Translations under genes and position numbers: made by a program
Notes under the pieces: generated by a model
Databases searched by the model: none
Told to the model about the DNA's origin: nothing
What the model saw: only the letters and a program-made list of their open reading frames with translations
Source of the DNA: Lama guanicoe
Lineage: Eukaryota
DNA: 64,000 nucleotides
Direction: 5' to 3'
Assembly (NCBI GenBank): GCA_013239625.1
Contig: MU054212.1
Coordinates: 8,189,412-8,253,411, forward strand
Part shown: one piece after another, positions 47,037-59,879 of the stretch
Layout: the number at the start of each line of letters is the position of its first letter
Position numbering within the stretch: position 1 is the first letter of the stretch

Positions 47037-49937
47037 ACCATCTCGGCAGCTCTCCACACCTCCGTTTGGGTGGGAACTTCTCTTCTGGAGAATTGGAACA
47101 CGTGTGGCCTCGAGCTCATCAGAAACCAGTTGTTCCCCGTCTGCTGTTACATCAACGCGCCGGCGCCCGTGCCAGCCACTGCGCTTGGTCCCCCTTTCTT
47201 TGCCAAGACACACTAGCAGCACCGTGGGGCAGCCTCCCTGAGACATCACGGGGTCACATACCTTCAACTTCACCACTTGGCTGCTTGAGATTGGTTCTGT
47301 TCTTTGCATTTCTTTCCAGAATAACTTTCCCCACCCCCCCACCCCTTTTTATCCTGGTGTGAAACAATGGTAATTTGATATATGGTATTTATATTGGCAT
47401 TTCTCAACCCAGTGTCACTAGATATCACACACATTTGTGGTGCTTTGATGTTTGCAAGTTTAACCTCTGAACATAAATTTGGTCAAATAATAAATTGGAA
47501 CAAAGGGAAAGAGATACTTGATATGAAAGCCATAATGACAGTGACTTGTTTCATGGGGAAAAACACACAGTCAGTTTCTCCCTCTACTCACAAACTAAAG
47601 GGGAAAAAGAAAGGAATCTAAAGTAGGACTTCAGGGCTCAGCAGTGTTCATACATCAGCACGTTAGACAACCACACAGTATGTTGTTAGTTTTGAAAGAC
47701 ATTCACTCAAGGAAAACACCATCTCAACTTGGCCCTCTAACTAACTGCTTGCCACCTCCTACACACACAGGTTCTCATGCTGTTTTCTTTCTCAGGGTCC
47801 TCTTTGGTGGGCAGCCAATCGCCCCAAAAGCTGTCATCAGTTGTCTGCAGTCAAAGGGGGTCTGCAGGGGTACAGGTCCTCCTGCCTCCTTGTGTGGGTT
47901 TCAGCCCCAGTCCTGTCATCCACGTGAGGGAATTCCTACTAAAGACTGACTTCAGGGTTTGCAGACCTTACAAACAGGAGCATCAGCCCAAGGGAGACTC
48001 CTGGTTCTGAAGTCTGGTGTTGACACTGGAATGACAGCACAGAAAAATCTGACTCCCAATGCCGTCTGGAGTTAAGGAATTTCCCCTCTTTAATACCATG
48101 GCCCTCCTTGTCACTGACCTGTGCTAAACTGTGGCAACTCATAAACAGAGGAAACATTAATGAATTAAAAGCATTCCTTATTTTTTTTAACTAATATTTG
48201 CACATTTTCGTAGCATCTTTCCAAATCTTTGCCTCTTTTTTTCCCCCTTTGACAGATCATTCATTTCACTTGGTTTCTAACTTTAGGTTTTCTTTCACTT
48301 GTTATTTGACTTAGCAGGTGCAGCAAAAAACAACAAACAAGTGTGCCCACCCCACTCTCCTCTTGACTGAAAAGCTTAAAATAAATTTCTGAATTATGTA
48401 TCATAAAGCTTTGACATTTCTTTATTAACTGATGAAATACTAATTCTAAATTCTAGCATGGAAGCTTTCCACCAAAAGAAGTCTTCTCAGAATGAATCAT
48501 TTTGCGGCAAAGTGGTATTTATTGAGTTACATGTGAAAAAGATCGCTTGTATTTTTTGAGGTTATTACAAGACACTGTGCAGAATTGGACAGAGGTTCCG
48601 TGGTGTTTGGTTTCCCTTTCTTCTCTCTCCTGCTTGCTCTGCACTACAGCGGCAGCTCGTTCCTCTCAGGCTGGAAAGCCTGGCTCTCGGCAGTGACGTC
48701 CTCCCACACCTGGTTACAGGGAGTGGTTGTGCTATATATACGCAGCATCATGCTTGACAGCGCGTTCCCCCCAGGCCTGTTGCACAAAACTGGGTTTCCT
48801 TCTTCTCAAATAGCTCTTGTAAAGAGGCACAATAAGTAATTCCTTGCAGGTGACACTTCAGTGGTTCCCAGGATGTTCTCTGCTTGCCCTGGTCAGGTCA
48901 GAGCACCCAGTGCCAGGTGGCTCACCACCTAGACTCCCATCGTGTGGGTGCACATGATTACTGTGTAACGTGCATAAGGCTCACCAGTGACACTCAGGCC
49001 CTCCATTCCTCCCCAAATCTCCAACTTTCTCGGCTATAAACCTACTGGCCAGATATCTTGCAAAGATAACTTTCCCCAATCGTCATACTTCCTTCTCCTT
49101 CCCGGAGTCTTGGGGCAGACCATTTTTTTTTAGAGAAGAGCTATCTATTTCTCTCCCTGTCCCTATCTGAAATATCTTCCACTGTGTGCATCACATGGGA
49201 CATCACTGATGCTCTGGGGAGTCTTGACAGCTATGTTTCTTAGTCCCGTTGAGCTGCACCCCAGCTTCTGTGCAGACCATCTCTCATCTCCCAGGGCCGC
49301 TCCATTCCCCCTGGTGGCTGTACCCGATCATTCGCTCATCTCAGCATCCAGGGCACGCCTTCCTCCGTGGCCCCGCGTCCAAGAAGCATCCCTTGCTGTG
49401 TGCTCTGCTCCTCCCTCTCTGAAGCCAGACTTGGTCCTTAGTCTCCCCTTCCCACCCACCGCGACTGGTTATAGCACTCACACTGCTCCTATCAGGTAGG
49501 AAGTGATTGAAGCAGGGGGTAAAGAGAGCCCGTTGTCTTTCTGAGCAGAAAAGCAGAAAAAGACAAAGACACACCCTGACCTGAGAGAAGTAAACTCCAG
49601 AAGGGAACCATGAACTCCTCCCTTCCCTGGTGAGTATTTCCATTATTCCGTTAAGGTTTAATATGCATTCAAATTACTTTTACTAAATAGTACACCATAA
49701 AGCTTTTGTTATATATTAAATGTAAACTGAAAGGAATGTAAACATATGTATTGTTAATTATAAATATAGATAAGTAATGACATAATAGATGAAAAAGTCT
49801 TATCCAGATGTATCACATTCATTTTACATTACCCACCTACTGTCGCATGGTAGAATAGTTTTTTGTCTCTGAATATGTGAATAACTTGACTTGCGTTTAT
49901 CTTTTTACATATTTAATAAAAAAAAAAGTATATGTTA
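47037..49937 (+). other. MAPRE2: MAPRE2 3'UTR (~2.9 kb; end approximate)
   Basis: Follows the stop codon, no interspersed repeat recognised, U-rich blocks, and an AU-rich terminal segment ending in AATAAA at 49915-49920. Confidence 0.8.
49915..49920 (+). terminator. Distal polyadenylation signal AATAAA
   Basis: catatttAATAAAaaaaaaagtatatgtt; several TGTA motifs in the ~200 nt upstream and U-rich sequence downstream. Confidence 0.75.
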
Positions 49938-52900
49938 AAATCGGCCTGGATCTATAGATTCTTACATTTTTATGCTAACAGTTTCCTCTTGAGTGAGCCT
50001 GTGTCTATGAACAGGCTATTATGTGGAGTCACACGTCGGTCCCACATTTTATCATGAATTACACGGTGGGGGAGTCTTTTTATTGATGGCAAATGTTTTA
50101 ACGGGAATTACAGGTTAGTATCTGATATCAAATGCAGCAGCTGTAATACCTTTTAAAAACTCTACATAACTTTCTTTTTATCAAAAATAAATAAGAATAA
50201 ACCATTCCCTTAGGAAACATTCCGCTTGCAAGCGAACAAAGGCCTCGCTCCTGCAGGTCTGCTTGCACCATCTGGACAAGGGCGGGACGAATAGGAAACT
50301 GGGAGACGCAGACAGATGTTGTGAAATGAAGCTTTGTGGCAAAATGACCTATGACTGGCAGAGGCTCTTTGATTAAGTGTATTTCCCCCTCTGGTTTGCT
50401 GACTTGAACTAACAGTGAGGTTTACAGACACACATTGAATACAAACCTTAAAGGAATAGCTGAGGAAAAGCAAGGTGTGCGAAGTGGCCCAGCGCCCGCC
50501 TGCAGGTCCTGCAGACAGGTGACGTCGGTCTGGAAGACTGCCCCGGGGCCTGTGGGCTACTGAGGTTCAGCCAGTCCATCCCCTTTCACCCCGAGGGCTG
50601 CCAGCCTTCCTGAACCTGCTTACAAGCACCACCTAGAGGCCACTTTTGTTTCTATATTGACCTTTGGCAACAGTTTTCCATTCACTTGCCTTTAGGCCCT
50701 TTTCTTTTAAAAGCAGAGACGCAGGAAAACAACAGCCATTCCCTGGGATGGGCACGCGTGTGTTTCCACTTAATTCATCAAGCCTAGGCTTTTAAACACG
50801 ACCTTATACGCAGACATTTGTGCACAAGCGTCAAGAATACACATGATTCATCTTACTTAAAAGGCACACGGGTGGGCTCTAAACACACCACAAACGGTTC
50901 AGAAGGGGTGAAATAACATGTTGACTCCATTTTATTCAATCTGAGATCATCTATAAAAATTTGAGATTTTCCTACTGGTATAATGGGTAGGCCCACGAGT
51001 CCAGAGGGAAGAGTTGGAAAAGATCACGTACTTCCAACTAAATTCGAGTTACAAGATGCCAGTTCTCTAAAACTAACACACAACTTCATTGCTGACCTGT
51101 CTCATTTTCTTAGTCTTCCTCTTAACTGCTAGAACACAGCCACTGTGAACCCCCAACTTCTGAGCACGAACACAGTGATGCCAACCAGCACCAGTGTGAG
51201 AGCAGAGCGCCTCCCTGGATGTCTAACAACTCGTTTTGCTGAACTGGGAGCTCATAAGAGACATTCGTCTTTCATCGGAAGAGCTCTGGCTTTACTGCTT
51301 AACAGAAGGCAAAGCTTAAAATCCACCGAGCCCTGGAGGACCCTCGGGTGGCCCCAGGACTTCAGATCACAAGACTGCCTGGGCAGACCCCTTCCCCAAG
51401 CTCTGGCCTGGACCCCACACGGTGTATCGGTAGGACTCACACACAAGATGCATTTGCCGAGGCCCTGCCTCCTCCCGTGTTGGGTTTAGGGCTGTAACAA
51501 AACTGGAAGGCGCAGCTGGAGCTAAGTTGTTGAATGCGTCTTTCTCTCTTTCCACTGACAGAGAATGTTGAACCTTTTTCAGCTTGCCAAGTTTTAATTT
51601 CTTGAAACAGGTTTCTAGTGGTATTTTGTAACTATTTTATCAAGATGGTATAAATCGCTTTCAAAGGGCAATAGCATATTAATGTACCTTTGAATTCATA
51701 ATCTTCATTAGAAACTAGTCCAGTACCTAAGTATATTCTTTTTCAGAAAATTTTAAAAAGTTAAGTACACATTTCTTTCTGTGTAGCAAACATCCCTCAT
51801 TTTCACACGATGGTATTCCTTTCGGTCTTGAAGGTTACCTGTACATTATAACTTTAAAATTTCTTAAGATACATTTGTCTTATTCACTAAAATGTTTTGG
51901 TCAAATCTGACAATTTAAATGAGCCTTTAGAAATTAGAGAAGAAATTTTTAAAAAGGTGTGTATGTTCAAATGTTGACTCAACTGTCTCTCCAAGAGAAA
52001 TAGAGGGAAAAATCACCTAACACAGCCTCTCAATGTAAAACATAACATCCAAGAAAGCTGCTAATACTACCTCAGAAATACTCCAACTTTTAAGCTAAAA
52101 AAAAGCAGGGGGTAGGAAGGAGTGTTTTTTCCTCCTCCAATTTAATTCTTTTCAAAGCTGAGCACCAACCAGAGGCACAAGGCAGCAGTCAGTAGCGACT
52201 TTGTACTCCTAAAATATCACATCACTAGCCCTCAGTTACTCGGAAGAAAGAGGCATTCTGCACCATACCCGCCTCAGTCCAAAAAAAAGCAAACTGAAGC
52301 AGTCTGCATGGTTCTGAAGCAGCATCTTACATGTAAGTGAGGAAACCAGCACCAAGGGGAAGTAGGAAGGAGGGGACGATGAAGCCGCGGCATGTCAGTA
52401 GCCTCACACATGCTCTAATGCCTTCTAGACTTTACTAGGACCCAGGGGCAAAAATTACCTCTGAGCTTCCTTATTGCCAATAGAGAGGAAGTAATTACTA
52501 CTCAGGGTAAATTGCCCATAAGCTGAACACAGTTCAGTTGCTCAGGGGCACAGATACTTAGGGCAGAGAGATCTTTCCTCCTAAGAAATTCAGTGATCAC
52601 AGCGAATACAGTACCAGTCTAACTGGCCCGTTCCTATTAGTCATAATGCCAAGACACAGCGCAGTAAAAACTCATCTACCAGGAACCAAAACTGTCTGCA
52701 TGGAAAGAGCTCCCGGGGCTCGGGGCTTCACCCCAGGGCAGAGCAGAGTATCCAGAGGAACAGGGAGACACTGCTCCCCACAGTGTAGGCCGAGGGAGAC
52801 ACTGAAGGACAGGGCAGAGTGTGACCTCCTGTGACCTGACCGGTACTAGAGGGCAGCTCTGGGACCAAATGTTACTGATCAAGACCCAGTTCCCTTCCTA

Positions 52901-53329
52901 ACAGCACATGTGGGTGTGGGGAGCTCTCAAGCTGCCAGCTGAGGAGCCTGGCCAGGACACGTGTCTAAAGAGGAGGCCACACCACCCCTTGTGTAGATGG
53001 GAGGAGACCCATGGGCAGGGTCACGGTTTTCCCTGGAAGCATTGTAAGATCTGACTTGTGAGTTTCTGTTTTTTTAATTATCCTTGGCAATTTACTGATA
53101 GGACAATTTTCAGTGTAGATTATAAATTTGAAACTGTTGGCAGTTACACACTCCCATAACCCTCCAAGTGATCTTGGAGATAGGAAATACACTGTCAGTG
53201 GACCAAGTCCAACCATAAGTCTGCAGGGAAAAAGGGGATAATATTTTAATAAAAATCTTAACTGTATCTATAAAATGCTTTACAGGTTGCAAAATAGTTT
53301 CACCAGTAACCAAGTAGAGGAAAAAGAGA

Positions 53330-53545
53330 ATAAGCTTTGAAAATGCTCTGACCTGGAGTCAAATCCCAGCCACACCACTTCTAGCTGTGATTTTAAGCAA
53401 ACTGCACGTCGTTTCTTGGCCTCTATTTCCTCATCTGAATATGCAGATTAAACCTCCCCGGCAAAGTTGTTCTGAAGAATAAACAACATGTATAAAGTAC
53501 CTTACACATAGTAGATATTTAATAAATAGTACCTAGCATTACTAA
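53330..53545 (+). mobile_element. MIR SINE
   Basis: gacctggagtcaaatcccagccacaccacttctagctgtg...tttcctcatctg...catagtagatatttaataaatagt. Confidence 0.8.
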
Positions 53546-53589
53546 TTTTGGTTTTGCTATCCCCGAGAGGGAGGTAATGTAGAAATTAT

Positions 53590-54175
53590 GCTACCACTGC
53601 CCTGGGACTAGACATTTCCATGCTGCCCACGGCTCCCATCACCCCTGCAGGAACAGCCCAACAGCCATACGTTATTCCATGGAATCCTGCCCGCTCCCAG
53701 ACACAGCTGATGGTCCAGACTCCAGGTCCCCCAGGAGCAATCTGTGGTTTGCTAGTGACCACACAGCCTATGAGCTAGGCCAGTCAGAGAGTCCCCTGCC
53801 CTCCCCTCCCTTTCATTTGTACTAAAGACTGAGGACCTTAGCCATGAGAACGAGAGTTTAAAAGGCTGTACAGTGAAGGGAGCCCGGGGGAAGAATCATG
53901 CCAACTGATGTTATACGTAAGCAGTTGCTCTGAAACAGAAAGAAGATGGGAGGAGCGAAAGAAGAAAGCAGACACTCAGGAAAGAACCAAGGACCATTAG
54001 CTGAAGTCCACAAATATCTGCTTCCTCGAATCCAGAACCACCCACTGAGTTTTTTTTTCTCCTGAAATCTGGTTAGTCAGTTTTATTGATGTCACGTGTG
54101 TGTGTAATCTTAAATCAGAGGTAACTTAAATGAATTTCTCCCTTGCAGCCTAAGCCACTCTCATGAAGGGAGGCT
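53590..54175 (+). mobile_element. Possible ancient ERVL solo LTR (LTR16/LTR33-like)
   Basis: acagctgatggtccag...gagctaggccagtcagagagtcc and terminus gtaacttaaatgaatttctcccttgcagcc resemble this family; highly diverged. Confidence 0.4.
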
Positions 54176-57100
54176 CTTGAGAGGGAATAACCTGCAAGAC
54201 TTTGGTCTTTAAGCCAGGACCACCTGTGCACAGCCATGATAGAAACTCCCAGTGGCCCCAGAGCCGCTGAAGAGGCGACAAAGGACGAATGGTGGGTAAC
54301 CGGGACACAGACTTTCACCGTCTTCAAAGGACCCTGTTCATGGGACCATTTCCTGCTCCATCAAAAGAGAATTCTAAGAAATCCTGTAATTCAGGGCTCT
54401 AAAGACATTAAGGGTAATGAAGCAAAGGTTAAAAAGATCTGTTCTGGTTATTTAACAAAATATTTAGATCTGAATAGATCTTGGCTTGCTATGAGGTACA
54501 AATGATAAAAATCAAAGTATCCGAGTTTTGTGTTAAAAGAAAAAAAAGGAATTGCTATGACCACCACAACTCAGCCTCCACCAAAAATATAAATAGGAAT
54601 CAGAATGAGAAAATTATAGTGAAATGTGACGTTTTCTGATTTGGAAACCATTTCAACTAGTACTATTATTTAATGTTTTGCTTGTTTGGCTCTGATACGA
54701 GAACATGAAAACATTCCTACACCTCAATAGCTTCTTTGTATTACAAATTAAAATGAGCAGACCATCATTTACATCTTAGTGGAGTTAAGATATGAAACTG
54801 GAAACCAAGACTATCTAATGACTTACTCCACTACAATGCCCCTGTCCCCTTCACCGTCAACTTCTGATATTTACAGGCCCACACCAAAATTCAAGAGGAG
54901 ACGTGCATTAAAAGCATTTTGTTGCAAGCCAAATAGTAAAAGCAGGTAACAGGAAATGTGGCCTCAATACATCTTCAGCTGCCAGATTGTAAAGATTCAA
55001 ACCAGTTGTAAAGGACCAAAGTTTCCTACATCTTCTCCAGCATTTTCTTCTAACCATGACACTCCCTGAGACCTGCTACGAGGTTCGCTATATTTGATTG
55101 GTGAGGGAGGTCCAGCAGGGGACGGTCAGATTTCCCCAGCTTCTCTTGGGATAACTTAGTCCCTTTCCAAAGCTCACTCTCCCGAAACCAGAATAGTCAG
55201 ATCTGCAATTCTAGGGCTCCCCGGCATTCAAAGTTAGGGTATCCAGTGATTTGATCTTTGCACAGTGCATGTGCCTTAAGGCATGTTCACTGCCAAGTAA
55301 GTCAGCTGGTTACATGTCGCTCTCCAATTAGCTGGTTGTCAGACCAGGGCCCTGGTAGCGCTCTGCCTCCTGCCTGCCCCTGTAACCTCACGGCCTTGAT
55401 CTGGTGTCCTCAGATACCCTGCTGGAGCCTCATGCCTCTCTCTGCTCTGGCTTGCTCCTTCATCTAGTCTGGTACCCTATGCGAACTTTGGTCTGGACGC
55501 TGTCATTCAATCTCCTAAGACTCTGTGCCATGCAGCCCAAGTGCCGGGCCAGCCCTGCCCTTCCTCTGAACCCTCCTCTCCAGCTCTAGGAATCCCAGTC
55601 TGTTGCAGCTCCAAGCCACTTGCCTGGCAAGTGGAATAGTTTGGACACAGATCAGCTTTAACTATAGGCGTTCTCCAGTAGCGCTGAGCTTCCTGTCACG
55701 TCACCTGAGTTCAGCATCTTCCCAAAGAGAAGTAAAGTGAGTCACTGATTCAGTGTGTCTGACAAAAACAGTCACAGACATGCGGGTCCTTGTGATGCTG
55801 CTGTTGACCCCTGAATTAACCAAACAAATTAAAATCTGTCATTCATACTGTGATTAATTATAAATTACAGCATAAGCATCACATGATTCAGAGTATATTT
55901 TGCCAAATCCTCCATAAGTAAACTTATATAACAATTTGTAATCATTAGCAGGTATAAATGTCAAAAAGCTTAAGTCGCATGATTTAAATTCAAGTTCCCT
56001 GCCTCCAGGAACTTTAGTTTTGAGAATCTTCTATATGCAAACCCATATAAACTCCAAGTCTTTTTATAGGATCATCAAATATGAGAAGGGCATCCTGAAA
56101 TAATTTTTGCCATCCCCAGCACCTGAAGGCCTGAAGCTCTCTTTCCAAAAGACAGGCAGTTACTAAATGTGCAGTGTATACACTGGCTGGATTTGTCAGA
56201 GCAAGCTTGGTTCAAGAACTCACACCTCCACTTTGGAAGCGCCTCTGCCAGGGAAACAGCACAAGGGAGGCCTCAAGGTTCTACAGACACACTGGGGAAG
56301 GCAACACGGGACGTGAAGATAAGCAGTCTGGTCGCCTGGTCGATACGTCACATGGAGTAAGGCCACCCATAGCGTAAGGAGGGAGAGCAAGGCAGGAGAC
56401 AGCAAACAGAGCAAAGCTTTCCAAAAGCAATCTTTCTTTGGGGTTTTCTCCACATATGCCCTATAAAGACAAGCAAACAGACCCACTGGAAGACTTTCTG
56501 GTCATCACAGAAACCCCTGGACTTCTCATACGCTCTCACCTTTGCCACACAGAGGTATCTGAGCCAAACAGCACCCTTTGAGAACATCAGGACCCTTGCT
56601 GTTGAGCACACCCTGGCTTCCCTTCCACCTCTCATCTCCTAGCAACCACTGAACAGGGGACAGGCCAGAAATGCAGACGACAAAGGATGCGCTGCCTCTC
56701 AGCTACTTTGCTGTGCCTTGTCCTCGCTGATGCCCCAGGCCCTGCTGGGGACAGTGGTCCCTCTCATGAAAGATGTCTCTCTGGACGTAAGACCCGCATC
56801 ACGCAGAATTTCACAAAGTCCAGGGTCTTCTTCCAAAGAATCTAAGAAGTTGGAAACTCTGCAACACAGCCAATGAGCTTTCACAGCGGAGTTTCAAACC
56901 CAAAACAATCCGAACCAACAACTCTGTCCTCTTGCCTCTCTAGTGCCTTCTCGTTCACCTTTTTTAAACATAAATGGAGATGTCACGCAGAGTCTATGAA
57001 AAGCAAGGAACACATGGCAGGATCTGGAGGACGAAACAGACATTTATAAATGAAGATTTGTTATGATTCCACAATGATGATGATAAGGTGTACCAGAGAG

Positions 57101-57216
57101 ATAACAATAGAACTATTTTACTGTCTTATTAGAAAATAATATAGTTCTTGACCAGAAGCACCAAACTGCATTCTGCCACAGTAGTGGTTTTGCTGTAATT
57201 AGGTTTGTTATTATAG

Positions 57217-57218
<2 letters not shown>

Positions 57219-57252
<34 letters not shown>
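57219..57252. repeat. (AT)17 microsatellite
   Basis: Read directly. Confidence 0.95.
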
Positions 57253-57255
<3 letters not shown>

Positions 57256-57302
57256 GTACCCGCTAACACAGGTTGTTTGGGGTTTTTTAAAACCAGATGC
57301 CC

Positions 57303-57435
57303 TGGGTGGGCTGAGTATAGCTCAGTGGTAGAGCATATGCTTAGCATGTGCAAGGTCCTAAGTTCAATCCCTAGTACCTCCATTTAAAAAAAAATTAAAT
57401 TAAATTATAAAGAAAGAACAAAAATTTAAAAAAAA
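57303..57435 (+). mobile_element. tRNA-Ala-derived SINE (camelid Vic-1-like)
   Basis: gtatagctcagtggtagagcatatgcttagcatgtgcaaggtcctaagttcaatccctagtacctcca plus A-rich tail. TSD core AGATGCCC at 57295-57302 and 57436-57443. Confidence 0.85.
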
Positions 57436-59522
57436 AGATGCCCAGCATTTCTAATAAACACATGATAGAAACTTTAAATTTCAAAGAAAATGTCAATGCC
57501 AAAACAAAAAATGATTTTAAATGTTCCTCCCAGAGTGCTGACTGACGCTACACACCATGGCCAAGTGTGCACATGCAATTACTAGCTGGCTCACTGGTAC
57601 ACAATGGACCAGGTGTACACATGACTCCAGACTGTTCATTGAATCACCAAGCTCTTCAGATACTGTCAGTCCCAAAAGGGCTACATCACATGCACTGATC
57701 AAAGCACCCAGAAGTGAAATGGGGACGTGGAAGTCATCAGGACCAACTGCTCCTTCAGTGTATGAGTGTCTTTGTAAGATCCCAGCCATGTAGTCACCCG
57801 GCCGCATGTAAGAGTCAGGCCTGTCACCTGGCCACCCTGCATCCCAGGAGAGGCCGCCATCCCACCTTTGGACAGCTCTAACTGCTTCCTGATTGGTTGT
57901 AACCATCAGAGCAAACAAATCTGTGACTGGTCTGGGGACAGGGATACGTGCTTATTTTCCTCTGTTAACACAAGTCAACAAGAAATCCTGTAACTGAGTG
58001 CATCAAAAGAGGGTACAAACATAATTGTGACATGTGTTTAGACTAGTTGAAGTCAATCAGGTCACTGGGCCTCTGAAGAAATCATATCTAAACCATACAG
58101 CCAAGCTCACATTACACATCCACGTTATGAAGTACTTTTTCCTCTTAATAAATTTGCCACCAACCTGAAAAAAAAAATTCAGATTGTTGGATCAGCACTA
58201 AGAGATAAATGTAGCACTTCGGCCAAAGGAGCTGGATGTCACTTTGTGTCACAGTCACTGGACGTGCTGGCCCTCCTCTGACCAGCTGACCTAGAGAGGG
58301 TAGACACAGAGTGGAGTGAAACGGTAATCTCAGAGCTGCTGAAATACTCAGATGGTCTGTGCAATTTTCTGAAACAGTGCACTTTAGGAGAACTAGCTTT
58401 GTAGATAGAAAATACAGGCATTGTAAACTTAGAATGTTGAGCGTTAAAAATGACATCCGCTCATGTTACAGACTGCCCAGGTCATGAGCTGACACTCACT
58501 CTAGTCAAAAAAAAGCACTTTGGAGGGCAACTTTTTCAGTTCTTAAATGAATACTTTTTTACTCTTTATCCATTTTTCTTTGTTTCTCAGTGTCTTTTTC
58601 TTGGACGGGAGGTTTTTCTCAAATAGTGAAGCAGTTTAAGGCTTTGTAATCTAAGCAAATAACCTAAATATATCTTCTCTCCATGTGCATTCTCAAGATT
58701 ACAACTTGGATTCTCTGAGTTTAATGAGGACTGGAGTTAGACTGTTTCCCATTAGAACGAGAAAGCAGTAAGGCAGAAACTCAGTAAGTGTTCAAGTAAA
58801 ATATAGCCATCCGAACATCTGTATTATATTAGAGGAGACACAAGACAAAACACTGACTCTTGAGGTTAAATCTAAATTTCCTGCTTCAGTTCTGAAAGAG
58901 TTTGAGAGTTCAGATCAAAAAGGCAACAAAGAAATGGGACCCAAAAATGTCTAAAAACAAGTTTTAAAGGCTATTAAATGCCAACAATTAGTTACTGCTT
59001 TGAAGCGCCAATTTAGTTAGCAATTACCCAACAGCCACAAACAAAAATCAGTGAAATGTCTACACCATGCTCAAGTCTTTTTCCAAGTTAGAGATGACAC
59101 ACCTGGGACCTGTGTGTCATAGGAGGTGCCAAACCGCCAGCTCTGATTCTCCATGTCTCGTGGGATGCTGTTGATTTTCCGCATCTTCCTCTCTAGTACA
59201 CTCTAACGTCACACTTGAGTTTCTGAAGACATTATTTCAGTCTCCTCTGGAATCTACTGGTCTTTAATTTCATAACTTTAATTTCATACTGCAAAAAGAA
59301 AACCCAAACTTGCAAGTCAAAGGTCAACAAGCAAGACTAATTATTTCAGCAAAAACAAAAGAGCATGAGACCAGAAACAGGATTCAGGAAACTGCTTCAG
59401 TTTGGCTCTCAAGCTGCAGCCTCTCCTTTATCAAGCTTGTGAGTAAAATTATGTCTGAAGAAAGTAATGCTGACCTATTAGCTTTGGTGGCTCTGTGGAA
59501 GCTTCTCTTAAATGCCACTTAT

Positions 59523-59530
<8 letters not shown>

Positions 59531-59558
<28 letters not shown>
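59531..59558. repeat. (CA)14 microsatellite
   Basis: Read directly. Confidence 0.95.
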
Positions 59559-59560
<2 letters not shown>

Positions 59561-59879
59561 TGAATGAATTTGTTATTCTGAACAACTCATGATGAAACAT
59601 CCTCTCATACCAACTTCCGTGGCAGAGTAAGATGCATATCTCTAAACCTTGTACGTGAGGAACTTTTTCTCAACCATGAAGATTCTGATTGAATCAACAG
59701 ACTGGGCTTAGGAGAGATTTACCATGAAATCATTTTAGACACATCTTAGATCAAGATATATCTCAGTTTCAGCCTCTAAAAAGATCTAGATTCTATGCCT
59801 GATCTTCAAGACCTTTTACCAAGTTATCCGTTGTCCTGTCTCAATGGATTCTCAACCCTCGGCTAGTCAAACAAATGCT

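Noticed and set aside
57303..57382. tRNA-Ala(AGC) gene (also 3913-3994)
   Set aside because: tRNA-like A and B boxes are present, but the acceptor stem is broken and both copies have A-rich tails and TSDs, so they are SINEs.
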